Shown one piece after another: positions 1 through 9,967 of a DNA stretch of 64,000 bases. Numbering within the stretch: position 1 is the stretch's first letter; every line of letters starts with the position of its first letter. Position numbers and translations under genes: made by a program. The notes under the pieces are model-generated. The model was not told the origin of the DNA. It made no database searches and saw nothing but the letters and a program-made list of their open reading frames with translations. This DNA comes from Methanobacteriota archaeon. Lineage in GTDB: Archaea; Thermoplasmatota; Thermoplasmata; UBA10834. The DNA lies in contig CP070732.1 in the NCBI GenBank assembly GCA_020347565.1, forward strand, positions 514,681-578,680. Direction: 5' to 3'.

Positions 1-789
1 CTGCTCCAATCCGATGTGGCCCTGCCGGTCGCTGAGGACTTGGCGAAGTCCGTCAGGTCACATCTGTCGGGCAGAAGAGTGGACAGGAGCTTCAGAGTTC
101 AGGAGGCGGTAGATATCGCCTTCAGAGCCGCCGTCAAGGATGTCCTCGAGTCTGGCGGCTTCTCCCTCGAGAACCTCCTTGAGACCAAGGAGCCGCCTAT
201 CGTCTTGATGTTCGTGGGCATAAACGGCACCGGAAAGACGACGGCGATCGCCAAGCTCGCCCATCGGATTCATTCGCGCGGTGACACTTGCGTCCTGGCT
301 GCGGCGGACACCTTCAGGGCCGGTGCGATAGAGCAGCTGTCGCTACACTCAGAGAACCTCGGCTGCAAGATCATAAAGCACCAGGCGGGCAGCGACCCTG
401 CTGCGGTCGCATACGACGCCGTCGAACATGCCAAGGCGCGCAGGAAGACCTTCGTTCTCATCGACACCGCGGGCAGAATGCAGACGAACCGAAACCTCAT
501 GGACGAGATGAAGAAGATCAAGCGCGTCGCCAAGCCTGATGTCATATTCTTTGTGGGCGACTCTCTCGCGGGCTCGGACGTCATCGAACAGGCAAGGAGA
601 TTCGACGAGGCGGTCGGGATAGACGCGGTGATACTAACCAAGATCGACGCAGATGCGAAGGGGGGCGGGGCGCTCTCCATCACCAAGGCCATCGGCAAGC
701 CAGTGGCCTATGTGAGCTTCGGCCAGGAATACGAGGAGTTCCGCAAGTTCGACCCCGACTGGATGGTTGCCAGAATCTTCGGCGACTGA
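1..789 (+). CDS. ftsY: SRP receptor FtsY (5'-truncated by the window)
   Basis: GINGTGKTT, DTFRAGA, DTAGR and TKIDADAKGG motifs; the frame is open from base 1. Confidence 0.95.
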   Translation: MLQSDVALPVAEDLAKSVRSHLSGRRVDRSFRVQEAVDIAFRAAVKDVLESGGFSLENLLETKEPPIVLMFVGINGTGKTTAIAKLAHRIHSRGDTCVLAAADTFRAGAIEQLSLHSENLGCKIIKHQAGSDPAAVAYDAVEHAKARRKTFVLIDTAGRMQTNRNLMDEMKKIKRVAKPDVIFFVGDSLAGSDVIEQARRFDEAVGIDAVILTKIDADAKGGGALSITKAIGKPVAYVSFGQEYEEFRKFDPDWMVARIFGD

Positions 790-795
790 CCGCCG

Positions 796-2058
796 CTACG
801 GAGTCGCTGGCTGCGGTCTGCTGACGTTGTCGCCCGCGAACAGCACGGCATACACCTTCGCATCGAACATCAGCCCGGATATCTCGATATACTCGTTGGC
901 GTCGTGGCCCGTGCCTGGAATCATCGACCATGCGGCCGCATCGAGCCCGATGCGCCTGAACGGGCTCGCGCAGGTGGCGCCTCCGATTCCTATGGCGTCT
1001 GGGGTGAAGCCGCCAACCTCACTTATCGCCTTGCTCAGCCGCCTCACAACCTCTGAGTCTGGAGAGGTCCTGCCAGCGGATGGAGCCCTGTCGATGAAAC
1101 TGACTTCGATCTTGGCACCGGATGCCTCTTCGACCTTCGTCGCGATCTTCCGCATCTCGGCCAAGACGTCGTCTAGGGGATATTCGGGTAACACCCGGAA
1201 GTCGCACGCGAACTCCTGACGGCCGGGCACAGTGTTTATATTCTTGCCATTGGCTTCGCATCTGGACGGCACGAACGTGCTCCCCGGAGGATCGAAGAGG
1301 TCGTCGCTGGCGGAGAACTTCTCCCTCAGCCTGTCCATGCAAGCCGCGAGGTACCTCGCGGCAGTCTCGAAGGCGTTCACGCCGTTGTCGGGAGTGCTCG
1401 CATGTGTCTGCTTCCCGATTACGACGACGCGTACCCAGGCGACGCTCTTCTCCACCACGGCGATCTTCGAGCCGTCCGGATAGCCGTGGTCGGGCACCAC
1501 TATGAGGTCGCCTTCGCGGAAGATGCCCTTATTGATCAAGACATCGATCCCGTGAGTGTTTCCGTACTCCTCGTCGGATACGAAGGCGAGGCCCACATTG
1601 GCCTCGGGTCTGACCCCAGCCCTGACCAAAGCCTCCAGCCCGAACAGCGATGCTATGAGGTCTTGGCCGTTGTCCTCTGCCCCGCGAGCGTACACCCTGC
1701 CGTTCTCCACACGCGGCTCGTATGGCGGGCTGTTCCATGCGTCCAGATCGCCTTCCGGAACGATGTCCATGTGCGTTACGACCCATACATTCCTGTCAGA
1801 AGTGCCTCTGACGCGGACGACGATGTTCGGCCTGCGGCCAGAAGGGACCCGAGGGTCCCCCGACTCGTACAGCTCCACCGAGTCGAACCCCATCCCCTTT
1901 GCCAGGTCGAGCAGGAACTCCCCTCGTTCGCCTTCTCCTGCCCCTCCGTTCTCAGGTCCTACTGCCTTGACCTTCAACATGTCACACAGAGCCTTCACGA
2001 CCCTGTCCTCGCTTCTTGCCACCGAATCAATCAACTGCCGGATATCCAAGTCGGGCAC
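796..2058 (-). CDS. M20 family metallo-hydrolase (DapE/ArgE-like)
   Basis: HMDIVP, ARGAEDNG, DEE, HASTP and H-x-x-N-E motifs; GTG start inferred (the ORF extends to 2118). Confidence 0.85.
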   Translation of the reverse strand: MPDLDIRQLIDSVARSEDRVVKALCDMLKVKAVGPENGGAGEGERGEFLLDLAKGMGFDSVELYESGDPRVPSGRRPNIVVRVRGTSDRNVWVVTHMDIVPEGDLDAWNSPPYEPRVENGRVYARGAEDNGQDLIASLFGLEALVRAGVRPEANVGLAFVSDEEYGNTHGIDVLINKGIFREGDLIVVPDHGYPDGSKIAVVEKSVAWVRVVVIGKQTHASTPDNGVNAFETAARYLAACMDRLREKFSASDDLFDPPGSTFVPSRCEANGKNINTVPGRQEFACDFRVLPEYPLDDVLAEMRKIATKVEEASGAKIEVSFIDRAPSAGRTSPDSEVVRRLSKAISEVGGFTPDAIGIGGATCASPFRRIGLDAAAWSMIPGTGHDANEYIEISGLMFDAKVYAVLFAGDNVSRPQPATP

Positions 2059-2114
2059 GCCCCAAGGCCAGCCCTGAGTTAACAATCCACGTGATATCTT
2101 GTTTTCGGACCGAC

Positions 2115-3290
2115 TCACCGCTCTATCAACATGGCGACGGCGTTACCCCCACCAAGGCAAAGAGTAGCTATCCCGCGATGGGCATCGCGCTTCCGCATCG
2201 CATAGATGAGGGTTGTCAGTACCCGCGCGCCACTGCATCCGATGGGATGGCCCAGAGCCACCGCGCCGCCGTTGACATTGAATTTGTCCTCGGGGACCTC
2301 CAGAGCGGCCTTCACCGCTATCGACGCGGTGGAGAATGCTTCGTTGTGTTCGAACAGGTCGATGTCATCGATGTGCATCTTGTTCCTGTCGAAGAGCTTT
2401 CTAACGGCAGGTATGGGCGCTTCCATAATCAGCTCGGGTTTCATCCCAGCAGAGGAATAGTCAACTATCCTAGCCAAGGGTTCAGCGCCCATCCTCTCGG
2501 CCCTGTCAGGGTCAGCGACCACCAGAGCGGACGCCCCGTCGTTTATGCTGGAGGAGTTGCCCGCCGTCAGTATTCCGTCATCCCTGAAGACAGGCTTCAG
2601 CTTCGCCAACACCTCCAGGCTCGTGTCTTCCCTCGGACCTTCGTCGGTAGAGACGGTCACCTGCCCCTTTCGGGACGGGACGTCGACCGGGGTGATCTCC
2701 TCGTCGAAGTCCCCTTCCTTGATTGCGCGCACGGATTTCTGATGGCTCCATAAGGAGAATCGGTCTGCGTCCTCGCGCGTTATGCCATGGCGTTCGGCGA
2801 TTATCTCTCCGGTGTTTCCCATGTGGAAGTCGTTGAAGACGTCCCAAAGACCGTCCCGGACCATCGCGTCAACCAGCTGCGAGTCGAACAACTTGTATCC
2901 GAACCGCGCTTTCTCGAGGAGATAGGGCGCGTTGGTCATGCTCTCCATGCCGCCAGCGACGATCATCTCGCCCCTTCCTGCTGAGATCGCATCCGCAGCC
3001 AGCATAACCGACTTGAGCCCAGAGCCGCACACCTTGTTCACCGTGACCGCTGACACCTCTGGGGGCAGCCCTCCGCGAAGGGCCGCCTGCCTAGCGGGGT
3101 TCTGACCGAGTCCCGCCGAGATGACGTTGCCCATTATGCACTCTTCGACTTCCTCCGGTTTGAGACCTGCCCGCGCAATGGCCTCCTGGACGACGAGGGC
3201 TCCCAGCTTCGTAGCGCTCATGTCCTTCAGGCCTCCACCGAACTTGCCAACGGGCGTCCTGGTCGCGCTAAGAATCACTGGTTGTTTCAT
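2115..3290 (-). CDS. acetyl-CoA C-acetyltransferase (bacterial-type thiolase)
   Basis: NKVCGSGL, NEAF, GHPIG and CLGGG thiolase motifs; start at MKQPVILSATRTP. Confidence 0.92.
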   Translation of the reverse strand: MKQPVILSATRTPVGKFGGGLKDMSATKLGALVVQEAIARAGLKPEEVEECIMGNVISAGLGQNPARQAALRGGLPPEVSAVTVNKVCGSGLKSVMLAADAISAGRGEMIVAGGMESMTNAPYLLEKARFGYKLFDSQLVDAMVRDGLWDVFNDFHMGNTGEIIAERHGITREDADRFSLWSHQKSVRAIKEGDFDEEITPVDVPSRKGQVTVSTDEGPREDTSLEVLAKLKPVFRDDGILTAGNSSSINDGASALVVADPDRAERMGAEPLARIVDYSSAGMKPELIMEAPIPAVRKLFDRNKMHIDDIDLFEHNEAFSTASIAVKAALEVPEDKFNVNGGAVALGHPIGCSGARVLTTLIYAMRKRDAHRGIATLCLGGGNAVAMLIER

Positions 3291-3324
3291 TCGAGATCGC
3301 CTCAGACGCGGAGTCAAACATGTT

Positions 3325-4662
3325 TCAATTCCGTATAAGTAATTTGTTGATGTTGCCGTTCGGCATTCGCCGAACGGGCTTGTAGAGGTGTCGACGGGAT
3401 GCGACAGGCGGCTCATGCCAGCCCCCACGGATTGCCCGGGGCACTTCGCTGGTCTCGGCTTCGGCCTCGGATGCACGTCTACCGCATCGCTTGCATCGGT
3501 ATCCCTGTCCGCACCCCAACGACCCCATGGACTTCCCGCAGTCTGGGCAGACCGGGTTCCGCGACTTCCCAATCACTCGTTGCATCCCGACGACGCGCAT
3601 CTTCTCTACATTGACCGCACGAGGGGTCTCGCGATACGAGCCGAAGACGACGATGCGGTCCCTTGGCACAAGCGCCCTCGCCGCCCTTGTCAGACTTCCT
3701 GACGGCTCGTAGAACATGGCGTCGATTTCGCGCCCGTCGGACACACGCACGACGACGTGCCCGCCCTCTATCGTCCGTGGCTCACCGACGACCTCGACTG
3801 CCATCTTTGCTGAGAGGTTAGCCCTGAGGTCGCCCACGCGCCTGTGCACTATGTGGTCATCGGTACCTTGGTTGGTCATGAACAGGATCCATGAGGCCGG
3901 TTCCTCCCCGCGAATCATATCGCGTGCGCGTACTAGCTCATCGGCCGAATCACCCCGGATGCCGAATAGGACCGGACAGGGAGAGGCTGGCGCGATAGCG
4001 ACATGGCGGGTTTCATAGTCGTAGTTATTGAACGTGTGCAGGGTCTCCTTGTCCATCCTGAGCACGCTCGCAGAGTCGATGTCGCGCTGCGTTCCTATTC
4101 GACCGGCGTCTCTGTAAGAGATGACCTCCCAGGTTCTGTCGCGAGGGCGCCAAGACATCGCAGCGGAGGCGCCTATCACGCCTCGTCCGTTCTTGTACTT
4201 CTTCCAGACCGCGTCGTTCTTCTCCAGAATCCCCTCCACGTCCGAGAGGGCGACGACATCCCGGACCGCGCTCCAGTAGAGGCGCTGGGGAGGGCGGCGG
4301 TTGCAACAAACTATGCCGGGATTGGTGTTCTCGCAGGAGAATTCCGCGTTGGCCTCGAGGACCCTTGCAGCCACATCGAGTACTTCGCGTGGCTCGGCTG
4401 GTGCGCCTCGCTCGTATGCTTCGATCGCGCAACCGTCTACCTCTCCGCAGAGCCTGCGTGGGCCGGATCCCACGCCGACCGAGAGACTCACGGCGGCGTT
4501 GCCGCGCGTCTTCCACGGGACGTTGGGATTGAGACGTACGAGCCGGGGCAGGCCTATGAGGTCCCAGCCTCGGAGGGCGTCTATCACGAGCGCGGCCAGA
4601 TACGTCGTGCACATGCCGTCCGGGGAGTCCGTGTCGTCGAACGCCAGATGCGTAGATGTCAC
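3325..4662 (-). CDS. tiaS: tRNA(Ile2) agmatinylcytidine synthetase TiaS
   Basis: DDTDSPDGMCTTY, RLNPNVPWKTRGN, OB fold, C-terminal Zn ribbon and RRHLYKP; start approximate. Confidence 0.93.
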   Translation of the reverse strand: MTSTHLAFDDTDSPDGMCTTYLAALVIDALRGWDLIGLPRLVRLNPNVPWKTRGNAAVSLSVGVGSGPRRLCGEVDGCAIEAYERGAPAEPREVLDVAARVLEANAEFSCENTNPGIVCCNRRPPQRLYWSAVRDVVALSDVEGILEKNDAVWKKYKNGRGVIGASAAMSWRPRDRTWEVISYRDAGRIGTQRDIDSASVLRMDKETLHTFNNYDYETRHVAIAPASPCPVLFGIRGDSADELVRARDMIRGEEPASWILFMTNQGTDDHIVHRRVGDLRANLSAKMAVEVVGEPRTIEGGHVVVRVSDGREIDAMFYEPSGSLTRAARALVPRDRIVVFGSYRETPRAVNVEKMRVVGMQRVIGKSRNPVCPDCGKSMGSLGCGQGYRCKRCGRRASEAEAETSEVPRAIRGGWHEPPVASRRHLYKPVRRMPNGNINKLLIRN

Positions 4663-4696
4663 AGGGATAGCATCGATTGAAGGCAAAAAACACTTC

Positions 4697-5353
4697 CTAT
4701 CCGCCCAGCATCGTCAGGCGCCAGGCCCAGAGGAACATCGTCATCGTATCCAGGTCCAAGAGGAGCGTGCAGTCCGCCGTCACCCGGGCGCCGTCTGGCA
4801 CGGGACCTGAGCCAGAGGAGGTCCTGAGCCGAATGCTCTTATCGCCTTGTGGGTCGTGCAGGCGCCCGTCGGCCGCGTCTTCGTCCCACTCCAGCACGCC
4901 AGAAATGTTGAAGCGATCGTGCTCGAACAGTCGCCAGTTCTCACATAGGTAGCCGACCGAGAGAATGTGCTCAGACCGCGCCAGGACGACGATGTCTTCC
5001 GTCGTCGCAAAAAGGATGGGGCGGTGGCCTCTGCTAGCCGTCCGCCCGTCGATCAGTGCTTGGTCGCCCACTCGGACATGCTCCGCGCAATCGGCGCTCC
5101 GAGAGGAATCCACTTGCACTTCCAGCGTAGATCCCGAAATGTGATCTGCCAGAAGCAGAAGGACTTCGCCACCCTCCCAGATGAATACCGAGGCGACGAC
5201 GCCGTACACGCGCACTGTGGTGTCGGCATCCAAGGAGCGGATGGCGTCGACGCTCAGCAGCGGCGGAACGGCCTGCGAGGACAGGATTAGGAGCGCTGCC
5301 AACGCAGTGACGAGCAATGGGCAGACGCAACTTGACGGCGAAGCTGCTTTCAT
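4697..5353 (-). CDS. membrane-anchored OB-fold-like hypothetical protein
   Basis: N-terminal hydrophobic helix followed by VRVYGVV...VRVGDQALIDG, an OB-fold pattern. Confidence 0.55.
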   Translation of the reverse strand: MKAASPSSCVCPLLVTALAALLILSSQAVPPLLSVDAIRSLDADTTVRVYGVVASVFIWEGGEVLLLLADHISGSTLEVQVDSSRSADCAEHVRVGDQALIDGRTASRGHRPILFATTEDIVVLARSEHILSVGYLCENWRLFEHDRFNISGVLEWDEDAADGRLHDPQGDKSIRLRTSSGSGPVPDGARVTADCTLLLDLDTMTMFLWAWRLTMLGG

Positions 5354-5466
5354 GGCATGTCGTTCGTGAGGAGGGCAGGTATCCATGATTGCGCTACATG
5401 TAGGTCGGTGACAATCTGAGAAATGATTAAGAGGCGGTGCGATTTACGGGTAAAGCTGAGGACACC

Positions 5467-5853
5467 ATGTCCAAGAGCTTCTTCAAGGAATACCGGCTGG
5501 AGTTCGGCAGCTTCCTGTGCTGCCTCGCGGTCTTCGGGACCGTGGTCGGCATCGTTGGGACCTTCTTCGCCGAGAGTGCGCCGTCATATCTATCAGTTCT
5601 AGAAGAGTTGGCAGCCCCGTTCGGGGAGTGGGCGTATTGGCTCCTTGTCATCGGCTCTTTGACCCTCGTCGGGGCGGGTTGGTGGCTGTATGACTATTAC
5701 AAGAAGACCAGAAGCCTGGCACGATTCATGGCGATTCCGAGCAAGGCAAAATTCGTCAGGAACCTGGACGAAATCGAATACTTGGCATGGTCCTTGCCAC
5801 AGCGATTTGAGGATCAGGTTCTCGAGAAGAAGCGGCGATTCAACATCCGATGA
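5467..5853 (+). CDS. DUF3198-like membrane protein
   Basis: Two TM segments and SKAKFVRNLDEIEYLAWSLP. Confidence 0.65.
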   Translation: MSKSFFKEYRLEFGSFLCCLAVFGTVVGIVGTFFAESAPSYLSVLEELAAPFGEWAYWLLVIGSLTLVGAGWWLYDYYKKTRSLARFMAIPSKAKFVRNLDEIEYLAWSLPQRFEDQVLEKKRRFNIR

Positions 5854-5863
5854 GGGCGTTCGC

Positions 5864-7186
5864 CTAGGGGCCCCCCTCCATTTCGCGTGGACTGCGGTCA
5901 ACGAGGACGCCGTTCTCTTCCTGTGTGGAGACGCGAGTGCTCAGCACTGTGCCGCCAGCTGCTTCGATTCGCCCCACTGCCTTATCGAAATCGTCGGCAT
6001 TGCATACAAGGGATATCTCAATTCTCGACTCTGTATGCGATACCTCGGATACGTCAGCAAATCCATGAAGCTCTGATATGAACGCATGCGTGCCCTTCCT
6101 GAGAGGGAGAAGAGCCGCGATCACTCGGTCCCTGACCTTACGTGATTCAATCAAGTTCACTAATTCGTCCAAACCCGTTCCGTTCGTGGAAGAAACGAGT
6201 AACCAATCGTTCTCCCGGGCAAGAGAACTCATCATCTTCTCCGTTGTACACAACGCACAGGAATCAAGAAGATCTGCTTTGGTACCGACGACGATTATAG
6301 GACGCTGTTCGTGCTCGGCGGATATCTCGTTCAAACACACGTTGGCTTTCATTTCCGCAAGCTCATTCGCTTCGCTGATATCTACGACTAGGAGAATGAT
6401 GTCCGCGAGGAAGACCTCCTCAAAAGTTGACCTGAACGCATGAACCAAACCTGCTGGAAGGTTGCTTATAAACCCTACCGTATCAGTTATGAGAATCTTC
6501 TTTTTCGACAAGGCTATCTTACGAGTCGTTGTTGTCAGTGTGGCAAACAACTTATCGTCTACTTCTGCCGATGAATCGCACAGTGCGTTCATCAAAGACG
6601 TCTTGCCAGCATTCGTATAGCCGGCGATCGAAACGAGGACATATCCGCTTTGTCTCCTTCGATTCCGCATTCGCTCTCTATGGGTCAATCCTTTTCTTAA
6701 CTCTTCTTCGATCTTCTTGACGTGGCTTCGAGCATGTTCATAGTATACTTCTGTCGCATACGCACCCCCACTAAGGAAGCCCGGTCTCTCACCGGCCTTT
6801 GATTTGTGAATCCACTCCCTGAGAAACGGCAACTCGTATCTCATGCGCGCCAAGGTGACCTGTCTCTTCGCTTCCTCAGTATGAGCGCGCTCCGCAAAGA
6901 TCCTGAGAATAACACCGATTCGATCAACGCATTCGACGCCGAATTTCATTTCGAGAGTGTGATGCTGTGATGGTCGCAAGACTCCGTTGACTACAATGAC
7001 GTCAAATTCCTCAGACGAGATTTCGTTGGAAACCTCATCCAACTTACCAGAACCGAGATAAGTTACTGCGTGTGGCCGCCCTCGTCTTTGAATCACTTGT
7101 TTGAGGACTTCGATATTCAACGTGTCCAGCAACGATCTAATCTGCTCGACGTCTTCATTTACCGACAGCAGCAACGCCTTCTTCAT
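5864..7186 (-). CDS. hflX: GTPase HflX
   Basis: GYTNAGKT, DKLFATL, DTVGFI, HAFRSTFEE and the N-terminal IFAERA motif. Confidence 0.93.
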   Translation of the reverse strand: MKKALLLSVNEDVEQIRSLLDTLNIEVLKQVIQRRGRPHAVTYLGSGKLDEVSNEISSEEFDVIVVNGVLRPSQHHTLEMKFGVECVDRIGVILRIFAERAHTEEAKRQVTLARMRYELPFLREWIHKSKAGERPGFLSGGAYATEVYYEHARSHVKKIEEELRKGLTHRERMRNRRRQSGYVLVSIAGYTNAGKTSLMNALCDSSAEVDDKLFATLTTTTRKIALSKKKILITDTVGFISNLPAGLVHAFRSTFEEVFLADIILLVVDISEANELAEMKANVCLNEISAEHEQRPIIVVGTKADLLDSCALCTTEKMMSSLARENDWLLVSSTNGTGLDELVNLIESRKVRDRVIAALLPLRKGTHAFISELHGFADVSEVSHTESRIEISLVCNADDFDKAVGRIEAAGGTVLSTRVSTQEENGVLVDRSPREMEGGP

Positions 7187-7231
7187 GTCAACGAGAGCCC
7201 CTAGGACTAGTAGAGTATACATTCTTCACCC

Positions 7232-7557
7232 GTTCCATCCGAAACCCGGCCTCTTGGACCACCGCTTCCAGTGAACCGTACGGAACAACACCATGGCCCC
7301 TCAGTCACAGGGCACTTCCATGGGAAACCAAGGGGTGCCCCTGACCCATGTCTGATAACGTCGTCAACGCTCTTTTATTCGTACTTGTGCATTCACAACT
7401 GATGCTGGCAGTCGATAATCTCCGAAATTTCGAGGCTGCGGAAAAAATGAATTCCCCGAATAATATTAACCATTAAGTAGACACTTTGTCATTTCCAACT
7501 TCCTTGGTTTCGAGTGGACTGTGCGAGCACGACTCCACGAGAAGTCTGGGGGAGGGG
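7232..7557. other. chromosomal replication origin (oriC) with ORB elements and an AT-rich unwinding region
   Basis: ORB CTTCCATGGGAAACCAAGGGG (+, from 7315); inverted ORB GTCCACTCGAAACCAAGGAAG (-, 7499-7519); mini-ORB TTCCATCCGAAAC (7233-7245); AT-rich tract at about 7441-7480; directly upstream of cdc6. Confidence 0.85.
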
Positions 7558-7589
7558 AAGGACTTTTCAGTGAGTCCGGGGGCAGTTCG

Positions 7590-8825
7590 ATGCAAGACAC
7601 CATCTTTCAGCAGTTCATGCGACCAGGGTCGCTCTTCATTGGAGACAAAGAGGTTCTGAGACCCTCGTACATTCCTGACGTTCTTCCCCATCGCGAAGAG
7701 CAGATAGACCAGCTGGCATCGGTACTCGTCACAGCGCTGCAGGGGCAGCGCCCTTCGAACATACTACTCTTTGGAAAGACCGGGACGGGGAAGACCGCGA
7801 CCATAAAGTACGTCGGAAAGGAGATCGAGCGCGCCAACGGTGGGACGAGCAAAGTACACTTCATCTACATGAACTGCGAAGTCGTCGACACACAATATGG
7901 CGTACTGCAGAACATCGGCAACCTCTTCATAACGGACTTCCAGGAGAGGATCCCGTTCACGGGCTGGAGCACCGAGCGCGTCTACCACATCCTAAGAGAC
8001 AAGATCGACGAGAGCAGACGCGTTATCATCATCGTGCTTGACGAGATAGACAAGCTGGTCTCCAAGAGCGGTGACGATGTTCTGTATCATCTTTGCCGGA
8101 TAAACGATGATCTGAGTAACGCAAGAGTGAGCGTCATCGGGATATCCAACGATCTGAAGTTCACGGAATTCCTGGACCCTCGCGTCCGAAGTTCCCTGAG
8201 CGAGGAGAAGATGGTATTCCCGCCGTACAATGCAGAGCAACTGCGCGATATCCTCAGCCAACGGGCGAAGCTGGCGTTTGAGGAGAAGGTTCTTGAGCCA
8301 TCGGTGATACCGCTCTGCGCCGCGCTCGCCGCACAGGAGCACGGGGACGCGAGGCGGGCACTCGACCTTCTCAGGGTGGCTGCGGAGATTGCGGAGAGAA
8401 GCCATCAGCCTACCGTGGCCGAGGCCGACGTGGCGAAGGCGAAGAACAAGATAGAGTTGGACTGCGTGAACGAAGCGGTCCGAACCCTTCCTCTTCAGTC
8501 CAAACTGGTCTTGATGGGCGTCGTTCTGAACGAGGAGAAGGGCAACGCCAGGCTCACGACGGGGGACCTCTATGAGACCTACAAAGAGCTCTGCCAATGC
8601 ACGTCCGTCTCGATACTAACACAGCGTAGGGTGACCGACCTGATCTCCGAGCTCGACATGCTCGGTCTGATTCACGCCCGCGTGAAGTCGTTCGGCCGAG
8701 GTGGCAGGACAAAGGAGATCGAGCTGAGCGTCCCAAACGAGGAGGCGCGGACGATATTGCAGGACGACGAGACGATAGGGCAGCTCAGGAACTACAGGCT
8801 GCGCTATCAGACGACGCTCATGTGA
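7590..8825 (+). CDS. cdc6: Orc1/Cdc6 replication initiator
   Basis: LPHREEQI, GKTGTGKT, LDEID, GDARRALDLLR and a C-terminal winged helix with GRGGRT. Confidence 0.96.
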   Translation: MQDTIFQQFMRPGSLFIGDKEVLRPSYIPDVLPHREEQIDQLASVLVTALQGQRPSNILLFGKTGTGKTATIKYVGKEIERANGGTSKVHFIYMNCEVVDTQYGVLQNIGNLFITDFQERIPFTGWSTERVYHILRDKIDESRRVIIIVLDEIDKLVSKSGDDVLYHLCRINDDLSNARVSVIGISNDLKFTEFLDPRVRSSLSEEKMVFPPYNAEQLRDILSQRAKLAFEEKVLEPSVIPLCAALAAQEHGDARRALDLLRVAAEIAERSHQPTVAEADVAKAKNKIELDCVNEAVRTLPLQSKLVLMGVVLNEEKGNARLTTGDLYETYKELCQCTSVSILTQRRVTDLISELDMLGLIHARVKSFGRGGRTKEIELSVPNEEARTILQDDETIGQLRNYRLRYQTTLM

Positions 8826-9810
8826 TGTCTCGTGGCTTCTCCGCGTCCAAATCCGTTTCGTCCGCCACCGAGGCGCTCGAGTCGTCGTCAGGCTGCTCTT
8901 GCTTCTGGAGTTCCGTTTCGTACTCCCTCCTCGCGATCTCCCTCCTCTTCGCGATCTTCTTCCTTATTCTGTAGGTGAGGAGGACATCGATGGTAATTGG
9001 CGCTATCAATATGATGGCTATGGCGATCCACAGATTCCTGACGCTGTTGTCCGGAGCCTCGCTCTCCAGGGAATCCGTTATCCAGAGCTTCAGCAGGCCG
9101 AACCAGGGGATCTCCCCTCTAGCCTTGCCGACAATCCAATCCGTCTCAACGGGGGCGGAGTTGTCTCCGAAGGTCTGGTCGATCCATCTGTTGTGGTCTC
9201 CTTTGGTGATGAACCCGCTGCTCGGTGTGCTACCCCTGAAGGCGTTGAGGATAGAGCCAACATTGACCGTCACGGTGTCGTGATTGTAGCCGTAGTCGAA
9301 GATGGTGATCATGCCGGTGATGTCGTCCCAAGAGTCTCCGGCGGTCACCGTCCATTTCGTCTCGGGAAGGTCAACCAACCCCTCGCATCTGTAGCTGTCG
9401 TGATCGGAATTGACCTCGAGGTATAGAACAGCCCGGTGAATGATCGGCGTTGCCGTGTCGAGCCCTCGCTTCTTGTACACGATCACGTCTCCGTAGTCAC
9501 CGTAAGTGCGATGGCCGTCGACAAACCCTCTGAGATAAGTGGTGACGTCATCCGCGGAGTCCACGTCTTTAACCAAGACCATGTCGCCAGTGTCGATTAC
9601 TCCTACATAGCTCGTGTTGTCCTCGCTGTGCATCATGCTGTCTGATTCCACGACCACCAAGGGTGGCCACAGTCCCGTGTATGCGTACATGATGAGGAGA
9701 ACTGAAGCAACGAACGCGAAAGCGATTCCCGCATCGCGGAGGAACAGGACCATCTGGCTCGGTCGCTTGCGCCGCGTTTCCGTACCGTTGCCTGCTCCGT
9801 CTCCGGTCAC
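8818..9810 (-). CDS. signal peptidase I (S26/Sec11-type)
   Basis: VVVESDSMMH, GDVIVY, IIHR and TKGDHN; GTG start inferred from a TATA-like element at about 9830-9840. Confidence 0.88.
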   Translation of the reverse strand: MTGDGAGNGTETRRKRPSQMVLFLRDAGIAFAFVASVLLIMYAYTGLWPPLVVVESDSMMHSEDNTSYVGVIDTGDMVLVKDVDSADDVTTYLRGFVDGHRTYGDYGDVIVYKKRGLDTATPIIHRAVLYLEVNSDHDSYRCEGLVDLPETKWTVTAGDSWDDITGMITIFDYGYNHDTVTVNVGSILNAFRGSTPSSGFITKGDHNRWIDQTFGDNSAPVETDWIVGKARGEIPWFGLLKLWITDSLESEAPDNSVRNLWIAIAIILIAPITIDVLLTYRIRKKIAKRREIARREYETELQKQEQPDDDSSASVADETDLDAEKPRDIT

Positions 9811-9967
9811 GACGCCGAGAGAGAATGACCAGTATAAAATTGATACGGTACTCATAAGCGAGCCATCGCCCATTCTGGTGGAGCACGGGCGTTGGACTGG
9901 ACCCGGAATAAAATGAGAAAGAAGCGCCCGATGAAATCGGGAAGGGATTTTCGGAGTCCGGCCACGC

